Shown one piece after another: positions 33,351-64,000 of a stretch of 64,000 nucleotides of DNA. The stretch lies in NCBI GenBank assembly GCA_964188305.1, contig OZ076886.1; one strand, 5' to 3'. The stretch is from Podarcis bocagei. Taxonomy: Eukaryota. Numbering within the stretch: the stretch's first letter is position 1; every line of letters starts with the position of its first letter. The notes beneath the pieces were generated by a model. It worked only from the letters and a program-made list of their open reading frames with translations, was not told where the DNA came from and searched no databases. The position numbers and the translations under genes are program-made.

Positions 33351-36300
33351 GCAGCGAGGTGGAGGTTTACTTTTGAGGAAGTGTCTTAACACAGGCACCC
33401 CCCAAACTAGGCCCTCCAGATGGTTTGGGACTACAATTCCCATCACCCCTGACCACTGGTCCTGTTAGCTAGGGATGATGGGAGTTGTAGTCCCAAAACA
33501 TCTGGAGGGCTGAGTTTGGGGATGCCTGGTCTAACAGGACATCTTGGCAGGGCTTTAATCTGAGCCAGGGCCTTAGGAGCCCATTTAAAAAGCAATGGTT
33601 TTGTACACACGGTGAAACGTGTGAACTAGGAAATGAGAGTACCCGTGATCACATGCAGGGTGCCTTGTTTCCGCTAGGAAACTAACTTGCATAAGTAACA
33701 GGATTTGTGCTAGGCATTCTTTTTATGCTGTCTCTCCTCTTAGAAAATGGCCACGTGAGGCATGATTGGCAGAGGTTTTGATAGCTAGTGTTAACGAAGG
33801 AATGAGCAGACATGGCTTGGCAGTTTGCTACATAATAGCTGCTGTGTTGTGAATTGTTCTCTGATTTAGTGCTGAAAGGGCAGATGTGCCCAGAAAGGGG
33901 CAAATGTGCTGTGTATGCAGGCTCCTAAGATTATTATTTTTCTTTTAAATCTGACATATGCTGGAAAGTTTTGTATGTGAAAGTGTTTACAGAAGTCCCC
34001 ACCCGCTATTTTATCTGACAGGCAAGGAGAATGTTTGATGGAGAAATGGCAAGTTTAACAGCTATCCTGCAAACGAAGACTGTGAAAGTTCCAAAACCTA
34101 TAAAAGTTATCGATCTCCCGGCTGGTGGTAATCTGTTTGTGATGGAGCATTTGGATATGAGGGGTTTGAACAGGTAATCTCTGTCTCATTTTCTTGCTGT
34201 GATTTACTTGCATATTCGAGGAGGAAAATCAGTATCATGTAAACCACCTTGAAGAAAACAAGTTAATACAAATTAATCATATTTACTATTCATTTCTGCA
34301 GTGATGTGAACTAAAGTTGGATAACATTTTGGCCCATAAGTGTTTTATGAAGACTTATAAAGAGGAGAAAGAGGACCCAAGTGTTCATTCAAAAATGTTA
34401 AATTTATTATTGCTTTGCTTCAGTCTGAGCTGCAACCAGCATGCGGCCATGTATTCTAAATTGGGGTTGGGGTATCTCCTTCAGCCTGACAGCTGTATTC
34501 CATTGTACTCAACCTTCCAGAGGTTGAATGCCAGTGGTGACCGGGGACAGAAGCAAAAGTGGGTAGAACCATGGATATGACGTTCAGGTTTGTGGCGTAG
34601 GCTATGTGCTAGCCATGCAAAACTCAGACCATTTCTCACCTCTCCATTTTTCCAGGTGGACAAGGGGCCTTATCACAGTTCAAGGACTTTGCAGCCAGGC
34701 AAAAGCACATTAGAGTGTGGAGCAGGCCCCGTCATGGTTGTGGACTGGGAAGGTGCATGACAGGAGAGTCCAAATAGGGCCAAACAGAAAAGCCTGGAGA
34801 GCTGCGTTCTGCTCTAAATAATGAAGCTATAACTTTGTCTCAGATGGGAGCATAGCTGTCAACATTTCCCCTTTTTTTTAAGGGAAATTCCCTTATTCTG
34901 AATAGGATTCCTCGCAAGAAAAGGGAAAAGTTGACAACTATGGATTGGAGGGTAAATTACCCTGATCTTACTGAACTTCCTTTATGAACTTTGGCACAGA
35001 CAACATTTTCCAAGTTACTGTGTTTGCTCTCTAATATACAGAATTTGGTGAGATTTCATTGTTAATATATTAATTAATTATGCATGCATTTACTTGTGTA
35101 TAGGATCTTATTGACTTTGAATGCATAGATTTATGTTCAAAGTGTGCCATTATAATTTTCTTGGGAACTTCCCAGTAGGTGATTCTGTTGGACTGCTGGT
35201 AACAGCTTGACAGTCTTTTAATCCTTTATTTTGGAATGGAAACTCGGAGTTGATGCAATAAATCAATTTTTATTGTAATCAAACAAATCAGTTTGGTTAG
35301 AAATTTATCAGTTTGGATATAGAACCCATATTACTTCAAAGACACACACTCAAAGCCAAATTGCACCTAAATCCTCCAGATCAGCTTGTCATCACGGGAC
35401 ATCTCACTGGACCAAAATTCCTCCTTTATTGCTGGCTGAGTTTCCAACAGGTCAAAAGTTGGATGCAACACATACTACTTCTTTCAAGAACTCCAAACCT
35501 GGAGTTTTCATAGTCACTTGCCCAAAGTCCAAGGTAACTTAATAGGCCCACTGTATGGTAAACAACACCATATTTGGGCTTCCAGCACATGCAACACTGA
35601 GGCTTAGTGTTATAAGGGATTATAGTGTCTTGAATGCATGCAGTGAATGTGTTGAGGTGCTGGATGAGACAACCTTCTTGCTGTCCTTTAGAGATAGGTA
35701 CCTCTTAAATTGGGTTTGGATAAAACATGTGCCCTTCCAGATGCTGTTTCATGGTGAAACCATCAAATTTTTGTTGCTGTGTAAACGTATCTTTTTTACA
35801 CCACTAGACATGCAGAAAAACTTGGAACACAGTTGGCTGATCTTCATCTTCACAATCAAAAACTTGGGGAGAAGCTGAAGAAAGATGCAAACACTGTTGG
35901 TAAAGTACCCAGCTGTCCATGACCTGCCAATTCCCCCAGCTGTTTTGCTCTAACTCTGTAGCAGAACCCCTAGAAACTCGTCATTGCATGCATAAAGAGA
36001 TATTAAAATGCCAACAAGCTGGGGCAAGTCAGCTCTCCCTGAAAATTGCTCCCCATGAAGTTGTTACAGTAAGTGTCACACTTTTAAACAATAAAAATAG
36101 GTGCTGCTACTGCATACCCTTGAGTACCCCTTGGGGGGAAAAGCACTGGGCAGCTGCATTTGGCCCCCAGGCTTGAGGTTTCTCACCCCTGATTCAGATC
36201 ATGATTTTGTCTCCAGTAGTAGCAACTGCATACTTCTCAGAATCTTACTTAAGCTGCTGGGTGACCTTGGGCCAGTCACACTTCTCTGAAGTCTCTCAGC

Positions 36301-38512
36301 CTCACTCACCTCACAGAGTGTTTGTTGTGGGGGAGGAAGGGAAAGGAGAATGTGAGCCGCTTTGAGACTCCTAAAGGGGAGTGAAAGGCGGGATATCAAA
36401 TCCAAACTCTTCTTCTTCTTCTTCTTCTTCTTGTAGCTGAAAACTGAAAACAGAGAAACTTAGTAAGAGCTATGTGTTTTAAAGGTTTTTAAGATTTGGG
36501 GGAGCAACCTTTATGGTACTCATGCTAGTAGCAGCTGAGACCTGCGGGTATAGGGTGGTATATAAATTAAATAATAATAATAATAAGAATAGGTTTTTAA
36601 ATGATAGCATAATAAAGTTTCCTATTTTTAGAAAGTTACTCTGTTCAGAACAGACAGTCACCACTTCTCTCTGTTTTAATAGGTAAAGGTGAAGAACAAA
36701 CTGGGGTCCAGTTTGTGGATAAATTCGGGTTCCACACTGTTACATGTTGTGGCTATCTTCCACAGGTATGATCTGGACTAATGGCTCTTCCACACTGAGG
36801 AAACCATTTAGTTTTTTGTTCACTTCTAGTTTTCCTTTAATTGGGAAAGGCTGAATATGTTTGAATAGGAGGACTTTTAAATATTAATTCAGAGAACTGT
36901 AACTAGGTATGAAGATTCCAGGGCTACTGTCATAACTTTTGGTATTAGTAACCAATCTTCACCTTTCAGCTAACACAACAGTAGATGTTGGTGTTTACAG
37001 CTGCACCAGTGAATGCCCCTGAAAACAACTGCTGTGCCTTATGCAGCGTCAAGAGTTTGTGTTAGCAGTAGCTAATAGCTAATTAACACAGCAAGAGTCT
37101 TCTTTTTATATATAAGTGTATAATTTCATATTTTTGTAAAGTGTGTAAAAGTCTGAAAGTCTCATCCACAAACCATTTAAATCTATTTCAGCACCAGAGA
37201 AGTAAATAGGTCTAGATGAGCCTCCATACAAATGGTATGGCATAATTGGTTTATGAATTGCTTGTCTTATTTCCATTTTTCATCGGAGGGCCTTTTTCAA
37301 GGCATCTTCTCATAGAGACAAACTGGCTGAATTTTTGACTACTTGCTTGTTTAGGTGAATGACTGGCAACAGGATTGGGTGACTTTCTTTGCCAGGCAAC
37401 GAATTCAACCTCAGATGGACATGATTGAGAAGAACTCTGGAGACAGGGAAGCAAGAGAACTTTGGGCAAAACTCCAGGTAACGATGTCCCATGGGGACCA
37501 TAGAGGGAATTGTTACATTCGTATATGTGGGGTTGTTCTTATTGTGTAGAGTTTCTGAAATACCTACACTCTCTGTGCAAATGTCATGATCCTCTTCTCC
37601 CCAGAACCTAATAAACTAGTGGAAAAGAGTCCTCTCACCCACATCTCTCTGAGGTCTCTACTAATTGTGGAAGAGCAATACCATAGCAGCATAAAAGAGC
37701 CCTCACGTGAAAAAGACCAAATAATATTTGAAAGGAGAGGAGGAGCTATTTGAATACACAATAGTACTTTTTAAAAACAATTAAAGACTAAAATAAGCAT
37801 TCTGTTCCTTGAAATAAACACTGATATGTGGCTATATAATGTGTGAAGGAATGTCTGAGAATTTTTAAAAATTTAAATACAAAAGGCTTAAAAATCTTCG
37901 TTAAGCCTTTTGATAAAGTAGTACCTCAGATATCTGGTTTAAATGCTAACAAGACTCTGGAAAATCTTGTTACTTAATTTTTGGATGTGATGTGCCCCCT
38001 ACTGTTCATGTTACTTTAATTCGAATCGTATGCACCTAGGTTGTCCACACCCTAGGTTTGTCTCTTTTTCTCTATACAGTATCAGGATTTGATGTGTCTA
38101 CTGTTTAAAGCCACAAATTAGAACACCCAGTCCCCTTACAATTAACTTTAGCAACTCCTGCTTTCTTTTTCAGCTGAAGATGCCCAGTTTGTTTGGCGAT
38201 ATGGAAATAGTTCCTGCTCTTCTACATGGGGATCTGTGGGGAGGAAATGTAGCTGAAGATGACTCTGGGCCAGTTATCTTTGACCCTGCAGCTTTCTATG
38301 GTCACTCTGAGTATGAGTTAGCAATTGCTGGGATGTTTGGTGGCTTCAGTGGTTCATTTTATTCTGCCTACCACAGCAAAATCCCCAAAGCTCCAGGGTT
38401 TGATAAACGGCTCAAGCTGTACCAGTTATTTCACTATATGAACCATTGGAATCATTTTGGCGGAGGGTACAGAGGTTCATCTATCAATATAATGAGGAAT
38501 TTGGTCAAGTGA
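32769..38512 (+). CDS. FN3KRP: Ketosamine-3-kinase (fructosamine-3-kinase-related protein), 6 exons, 309 aa
   Basis: Exons 32769-32909, 34022-34173, 35808-35899, 36683-36765, 37355-37477, 38174-38512 (930 nt), all GT-AG. P-loop GHSGGGCIS, catalytic HGDLWGGN; the C-terminus [14 protein letters not shown] resembles FN3KRP more than FN3K. Confidence 0.95.
33392..33528. mobile_element. Palindromic hAT MITE family C in FN3KRP intron 1
   Basis: 137-bp hairpin element nearly identical to 62796-62932; TSD gtct(t)aaca. Confidence 0.9.
34851..34942. mobile_element. Short hAT-like MITE
   Basis: TIRs CATAGCTGTCAAC / GTTGACAACTATG; 8-bp TSD gatgggag / gattggag. Confidence 0.8.
36250..36432 (+). mobile_element. 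5'-truncated squamate SINE with (TTC)n tail
   Basis: gctgggtgaccttgggccagtcac...gagccgctttgagactcct...caaatccaaactc followed by a TTC microsatellite. Confidence 0.7.
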
Positions 38513-41387
38513 ATTCCTACCTGTAGCTTTTATTTCCCTGTTTTGGAAAATATATACACATATACACACACCATGGGGTTTCAACTGTGCTAATGTGTAT
38601 ATGCTGTAATAGAACCTGAGCTTGCACCCTCTTTCCACAGCTAAAGGCCAAGTCATCCTGTGCCCTGGGTTTGGTGTCCTATTCTTGCAGTTTATCAGAG
38701 AGATGCCCAAGGAGGTAACAAACCTTTGATTTGCACGAAAGAGGTTTTGTTTTGAGGTGGTTCCATAGATCTAGGGAAAAATTCCTTCTGTGCAAATAGT
38801 TTGGAATAAATTTTTAATGCCAAAGAGAGGGAGAAATCCAAGCAAGGCATTAGAACAGGTAACAACTTGCTAGCTATGTTCATACATATACATTCAAAGG
38901 AAAATTTACAGTCTTACTGAATGGAAAGATTTTTCTTGTCCTCCTGCTTAGCTTTCAACCTAGTATTTTGGTGACAGATACCAAAGGAATATAGCAGCCG
39001 TATTCTAAATAAAACTGGAATTGGAAATAGATTTGGAAGCATATATTGAGTCTCTGGGGACTTCATTCCACATGGGAAGATAGAGGGTTGCAGTCTAGGT
39101 GGCTTCAGTAGTCCCCCCCCAGCCCCCCAGTTAGCATTGCAAGTTTGTCTTAGTACATCTGTAGCAATTGGACAGAACAGTCTGTATGGAACACAGTTTA
39201 TGGTAACCTGCTTCCATGCCATTAAGTTTCATCTATAGCCTCCAGCTAGAGTCCATTGCTAGCCAGCATGATCTTGCCTCCCTGAATAGTCTGCTGACTT
39301 ATAATGTGTTTCCAGTCCCTGGTGAACTAGCTGTGCATTTATAGGCATATATGGCTGTCTCAAACTTAGTTTCTTATGGCAGCTTGCTGGACTCTCTGCC
39401 TTTTAATTCTTCCTTAAGAGTTTCCTGTGCTCCACCTGACAATTGGTAAAATGAAGTGAAATGCCTTCTGGCAGATAGTAATGAAGTGAAAATGCATTCT
39501 CATTAAAGTGTTTCCCCTTACGCAATGGTTTAGGAATGTGACACACACTTTGAGGAAGGCATCATAACACTTAGGCTGTTCTCCATTTTAGGACCGCATT
39601 TTTGTGTTGGATTGCAAACTCCTTTTCCAACAGGGCTCTCATGATTTAAGTGTAAAATGTCAGGCAAAAAGATGGTGCGTCTTTCCTCAGTGCAGCATCT
39701 TTCTGCGGAAAAGTTTTCTTGTTGATCTTTTACGTGTCCTATAGTTGTTAAGGCACAAGAACCTAGCCAGAAAAAAATCTAACCAAATTCTACCCAAAAT
39801 GCTGTTGCAGCACATCCTTCTCAAAGTAATATTGCAGTAAAATTCTGTCTGACGCGATTCAGTTTTTTCACCAGCCTGACAGTGACTTGCCACACCTAAC
39901 TGATATTAAAGAGTTTACTTCTAGCATTAATTCTCTGTCCAGGTGGCAGCTGCCCTCTTGTTGGTTGTGTGATGCAGGGTTAAATTGGAAGCGGAGGAAG
40001 AGGCACATGTAAAAGTAGCATGCATAAGTGACTTTATTTTATTCTAGTATTCTTCTTGTTTGGTGGTTTGGACTGGTACATGTCCACTGCAGGTATTGTC
40101 ACTGTTCCTTTCTGGTTCATTGCTGGTACTCATGCTGAATACATGTACCTGGATTCTTACTGGAGGTTCCTTAACATTGCATTTGGAAAATAGGTTCCCT
40201 CTTGTGGCCATTATGCATGTCAGTTTCCTGTTCTCATTACATAATTATTCAGTTACAGCATTTTGTGAATTCTGCTAATGGATCCAGAGCTCCTGGGATA
40301 TGTCTAATAATAATGGGATTACAATGGAATTATACATATGAACAAACACTATGCCTAATATTACCAGGTGAGAGGGGCATGATTCCTAGAATGCATGCTC
40401 ATGTCAAACACTGAATTCTTTCTGTTAGCTTTTACTTAACATTCCTCTACAGTGTTTCCTGATATTTTTCAATTGGTTTTACACTAAAAACAAACAGATA
40501 TAAACTTATTTATTAATTTCAGCTGTGTGTGTGTGTGCTACTTTTACTTTTACTAATAGTATCCGTGGCTGTTCTGGGTTTAAAGCAAAGCATTGCTCGT
40601 GAGTGTAATTGGTAATCTTTCTGGGTTGTGTTGAATAAAATATTTTCTGGACAGATTAGTTTTCTTTGGATTTTTATTTATTATCTATCTGTAATGGTAA
40701 ACACAAAATATTATGACCTCCAAATATTTGCATCGTGTAAACATTGTGAATCAGCCTTCACAAATAGGCAATGCATACTATATTGTTTCATCAATAAAGT
40801 TAATCAGTGTTTCTGCAATTGGCTTGTTAAGCCACAAAATAATTCATTGCCGCATTGTGGGTTTCTTGCCCCTCTTCTGTGTCCTTTAAAAACTCAGCTT
40901 CCCCTGACCCATTTGCTGGACTTTGCTGCTGCTTTCTGTACTGAAGTCTTCTTGGAAGAAGCTTCCTGTACCTGTCAAGGTTCTCTATATGTGGCCTAGA
41001 TTACAAACAATGATACCTTCCCTTCAAAACCTTTCAAGCACCTCTGCTTGTAAATATTGTGAAACAATGAAGAACCAATAGAATATAAAAGTTCTTCAAA
41101 TTTTGAAAAACAGTTTCTGCTTGTACAGTGTTAACCAAGATGGCACAGTCACATAACAGTAAAACAATAGCACTGAATTTCTCTTTGATAATCTTGACAA
41201 ATTGGGCTTTTCCTCCTACACCACCTGTCTTTTTCCTTTTCTGATTTGGGAGATGAGTGACAATAGCTTATACTCCAATACACACACAGGTACTACTACT
41301 ATCAGTGTGTTTATGAAATGCAGGTTCTTAAATACCTGTTAGTGCAGTGAGTTGTAAGTTGCTTTGACTGCTTTCAAGGGACTAGAC

Positions 41388-41505
41388 CAGGGTGCCTTCC
41401 GGATGTTATTTGACTCTTCTCCATCAGTGCCAAACAGCTTAGCAAATTTTTAGGGATGATGGGAGGTAGTGAAGCATTTGAAGGGCAATACATTGGCTAT
41501 ACCTG
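41388..41505. mobile_element. Older family C-like hAT MITE
   Basis: Perfect 8-bp TSD gactagac on both sides; degenerate tagggatgatgggag core. Confidence 0.7.
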
Positions 41506-42702
41506 GACTAGACTGTACCACTGAAATATTTCACAAGCAGATGCCATTGAATTTTGAAGTGTGTCTTTTGAATTGAACAGGCCTTCTGTGCTGTTATTAA
41601 AATGTTAGAGCATCTGCAGCAGCCCAACCATAGCCTTCATCTGCTCCAGCTGCAACAAAATATGTATCTCCCGTATCTGTCTCTACAGGTACAGGAGACC
41701 CTATAAACGTTCCAACAGTTTGACTTTAACCTGCAAATACGTAACTGTTGTCTCCTGATACAGATGGATGCCATCCACCCACAAACGCCCTTCCCACTTT
41801 GAGCTATGACTAAATGGGCAGCTGTTCCCAAATGAGTTATCAGAATCTTGCTATGTAAATTGGGAGTTATCCCCATTAATAGGGTCTGTATAGAGGTCTT
41901 TTGTACTGGTGAGGGTGCCGAGTTTGGAAATCAATAAATAACAAAATTTGTTTACATAAACACTGTTCCACACGGGATAGTAACCACCTTTCATATTGCA
42001 AATCCGCCAGCAAGGGGTTTAGCTATATTGGGGTTGTATTGTTTTCACAACTTTTCCTTAACTTAATTTACGAAGCAGGTTTTGACATTAGGAAATACAG
42101 CTTCAGTATTTCCGAGGTGTGAAGAAACTTTTTCCTTCGTAAAATGGAAGACAAAATAGGGAGAAAAAACTTGATTATGTGAAGTGGGACATGTCCCACT
42201 CATACGGAGAGAAATATATTGGACTGCTACAGTTTCCGGCTTTATACCAAACACCCCATTGGCCATAATTCTCAATACGCGCAGGATGCAATGTGCACCC
42301 CGGAAGTTAGAGCGGAAATAGTTAAAATGCAGACCGGAAACGCAATAAGGATCGCGGTGTTGCGCCAGCGACTAGGAGCAAAATCCAATCATCTCGATGG
42401 TTTCTTGTCTGTCAGGATATACGAAGTCTCTATGGCCAAGGCTCCGTCACATGAAACGAGGAAATCGGGTTACAGTTAGTTTCCTACTGGCCGGGCTGCC
42501 TCACATGGTGCGAGGTTCTCTTTCTGGCTATTGGCTGCTGGGAGTTAGAACGACGCTCGCGAGCGGTGGCCGAGGTCCGGATTGGCCCGCGAGCGGCCAA
42601 GTGGGCGGGGAGTCTGGGCAGCGTGCGCTGGGCGGCGGAGTGGAGTGGAGCTAGCCGTCAGTTGGCTGCGTCTCCCGAGCAGCGGCGGAGCGTGGTGGCT
42701 GG

Positions 42703-61075
<18,373 letters not shown>

Positions 61076-61994
61076 GCACAGCAGCAGACAGCTGCCATTG
61101 TGCCTTTCTGACAGGGAGAGTGACTTATGCATGACATGTGGTATGCACAGCACGGAAGATTCTGGGAGGCAGCTGCACACTTGAGCTTAGCCAAACTTGG
61201 TTGGCCTCTGGTAAATTACCTGTGCTGTTTCTACAGGTGCAATTCCTGCTGGACACATGACTAGCACAGCTGGCAGAATGTGCTTCCTGGCTACAGCGTG
61301 CAGATCTAGTCTAATGGCTTGTCTGATTGTTTGCTAGAAATATTTTATTTTTCCTTTTTTATAAACTTTGAAGCAGATAGCAGCAAATGACAGGGTTCCT
61401 AACTTGTGGTCCATGGAGCTTCATTCAAATAATCTGTGGTGCGTCTCTAAAAATGCAGTAAAAAACATTCATCGTCTAGCACAGTGTGTTACAATTGCTA
61501 CAACAGGCAGAAAAATCACTAAGTGGTCCACCAAGACCCTCAGCAATTTTCAAGTTGTCTGTGGAAGCAGGGGAGTTTGGCAACCACCGATTTAGACAAA
61601 GGGAAATCAGGATATTTTAACAAATGGGGATAGGACCTCTGGAATACGGGGTGATTCTCTCTATTTTGAGACTTCATAAATATTTATCATTTTTAGTGGG
61701 GAAATACCTCACTATGGAAGAGGATGTGATGTGATGTGTTGCCGCTATGCATGCTTGCAGCAGTAATGCAAGATACCTAGGATACATCTTGCAGAACTCA
61801 CCACCACTTTGGTATTTGCAGCATTGATGCTGTGGGTCATTCTTCCTTGTATTTTTTTAAATTAAGGGAACCAGTAAATCATATTTACTAATTACCTGTG
61901 TACATGTGTGCGTGCGCATGTTGTCCTGGATGACAAGGTTTTGGAAGCAGAACTATTGTAACTTACAAACTTACCTTTTTGATTCATTTTGGAG

Positions 61995-62450
61995 TAAACA
62001 TGTCAGAAGAAAAGCTCTGGTGGGTTAGACCAAAAGCCCATATTGCCCAGCATCCAAATCCACATATGACATAAGAGCAATAGCCATCTCTCACTCAACG
62101 TTCACCTGTAACTGGTATGCGGAGACATGCTGGTGCTGATCCTGGAAATAGCAACTATTTGTAGGTTTATTCGCCATGAATTTGTCTAATTCCCTTTACA
62201 AATCTGTTGGTGGTCAGCACCACATCTTGCAGGTGCAATGGCCGCAGTTTAACTGCATTGTGTGAAGAATTGCTTCCTTCTGTCTGTCCTGAATCTCCTA
62301 CCATGCAGCTTCAGTGGATGATTCCTGGTTCTAGGATTATTAGGGAGAAACTTATTTCTGTCCACTCTTCCACACTGTGCATAATTTTGTACCCTTTACC
62401 ATGTCCTCCCTTACTTTACCCCCCCCCCCAACCTTCCCTCACAGGACAGA
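61995..62450 (-). mobile_element. Degraded CR1 3' region
   Basis: Similar to 1900-2400 (ccatgaatttgtctaat..., cacatcttg..., tgtgtgaagaa...). Confidence 0.65.
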
Positions 62451-62473
62451 TCATTGTTTGCTCTTGCCCTTTA

Positions 62474-62679
62474 CAATGGTACCTCAGGTTACATACACTT
62501 CAGGTTACAGACTCCGCTAACCCAGAAATAGTGCTTCAGGTTAAGAACGTTGCTTCAGGATGAGAACAGAAATCATGCTCCGGCGGTGCGGCAGCAGGAG
62601 GCCCTATTAGCTAAAGTGGTGCTTCAGGTTAAGAACAGACCTCCGGAACGAATTAAGTACTTAACCAGAGGTACCACTG
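62474..62679 (-). mobile_element. Tigger-like MITE family A
   Basis: Highly similar to 60545-60783 with small internal deletions; TA-flanked. Confidence 0.9.
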
Positions 62680-62795
62680 TACTGCATTTTTCCAATCTGT
62701 ACAATATTCCTCCTTTTTTTAAGCATTAAATTTTTACTAAAGGTGCTTGTCCAAAAGAAAGTAACAAGCTACAACATGCTATGCGCATCATAATG

Positions 62796-62932
62796 CAGGC
62801 AAGCCCCAAACTCGGCCCTCCAGATGTTTTGGGACTACAATTCCCACCATCCCTGACCACTGGTCCTGTTAGCTAGGGATGATGGGAGTTGTAGTCCCAA
62901 AACATCTGGAGGGCTGAGTTTGGGGATGCCTG
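62796..62932. mobile_element. Palindromic hAT MITE family C
   Basis: Perfect 8-bp TSD tcataatg; near-identical to 33392-33528. Confidence 0.92.
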
Positions 62933-63299
62933 TCATAATGGGTACGATACATGGGTGACAGAGCAAAAGCAATAAAAGGAAAACGTGAATTGAGAAACTG
63001 GCACAAAGAGCATACACAGTAAGCGGATGCATTTGTTAGCAGGTAGACTCTTTAACTCATTAATAATAATAATTTTATTATTGGTACCTTGACTGGGTTG
63101 CCCCAGCCACTCTGGGTGACTTCCAACCTATATATAAACATAATAAAACATTTAAAACATACAGGGCTGCCTTCAGGTGTCTTCTAAAGGTTGTGTAGTT
63201 ATTTATTACTCTACCAGTCCTGCTTACATCAGTCAGCTTTTCCATTAGAGCAGTATCCCACACTTTGCACTACCGACCCAGCAGAGAAGGAAGTGTTGT

Positions 63300-64000
63300 G
63301 ACACCAGTGTCTTGCTACTTCTAGTCTGCCTGCTAAGAGAACAAAATCAAAAATTTATGAACAAGATTGCTCAATGTCTCAGGCCAAGTTGAGCTAAAGA
63401 ACAAATTTGAAATTCATGAAAAACTATAAGAGGATCGTCACCAAGCTGGGCTTTTATTTATTCCTTTGTCAACAGGACTCCCATCATTTAAAAGGTATTT
63501 TCAGCTGATAAAGAACTTTTGCTGCCCAAGTTTTAAAATATACCATTATTGTGTTGAAAGGAAGAGTAACAAAAATGGCAGTAGCAGTGATTGAGAAGAT
63601 ATCCAGTGTGAAGACCATTTTTTCCTTGTTTTGGAAGTGGTTGCATAAAATGGGTTGGAAAGAGTTTTCTGTTTCACTGGTGCTATTTTCAAGAAAGGGA
63701 GAGCTCTGTAATACTCCTGATCTGCTTCAATTTCCATGGAGCGCCAGTAAATTTCATGGTCCCCTCTCATCATGTGAATCATTTTGTTAAACTGGCAGGC
63801 ATGGTAATAGCACTGCAAGTTAGGAAACCCTAAACCTCCAACCCATTGAACCTGTATACCTTTTGCCCTCATCGATGAAATCATCCAACATCTTTTGCCA
63901 TTTAACAAGGATATTTCCATCAAGCCAAGCTGGTAGAACTTGAATAAGTATGTGACGCTAAGCTTTCCCCACTGGTCCATGTCCTCCTCTAGCCATAATA
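63300..64000 (-). mobile_element. Degraded L1/Tx1-type LINE ORF2 fragment
   Basis: Minus-strand peptides across frames (IQVLPAWLDGNILVKWQKMLDDFI..GK; GGLGFPNLQCYYHAC) resemble the post-RT region of vertebrate L1 ORF2; frameshifted. Confidence 0.7.

Noticed and set aside
32769-38512. Assigning this gene as FN3K
   Set aside because: [25 protein letters not shown] and the terminal NIMRNLVK fit FN3KRP, as does its position next to RAB40B.
63546-63980. 144-aa ORF as a host gene
   Set aside because: The similarity is to L1-type ORF2 and switches frames; it is a retroelement relic.

Overview
Vertebrate genomic DNA. The repeat content (BovB, CR1, L2, Penelope, Sauria/Squam-type SINEs, hAT and Tigger-like MITEs) points to a squamate, most likely a lacertid lizard (inference). 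Four known spliced genes were reconstructed exon by exon with GT-AG junctions: WDR45B (minus, exons 1-2 only, runs off the left edge), RAB40B (minus, 6 exons, 278 aa), FN3KRP (plus, 6 exons, 309 aa) and ELAC2/RNase Z (plus, 24 exons, 835 aa). Each has a CpG-island 5' end. The main candidate for something undescribed is an intronless 893-codon ORF (25646-28327, minus) between RAB40B and FN3KRP. It has its own Kozak start, TATA-like box and polyA signal, and encodes an acidic, disordered, tandem-repeat protein with nine RR-x-S/T (PKA-type) sites and six QT (LC8-type) motifs, resembling the sperm fibrous-sheath protein FSCB. Other notable points: FN3K is absent and ELAC2 follows FN3KRP (a synteny break relative to human); a Penelope-derived hammerhead ribozyme core lies in a triple-nested transposon beside the WDR45B promoter; a MITE family carries ETS/NRF1/CRE motifs; and ELAC2 retains its dual start codon. 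Homology calls are from remembered sequences, not database searches.
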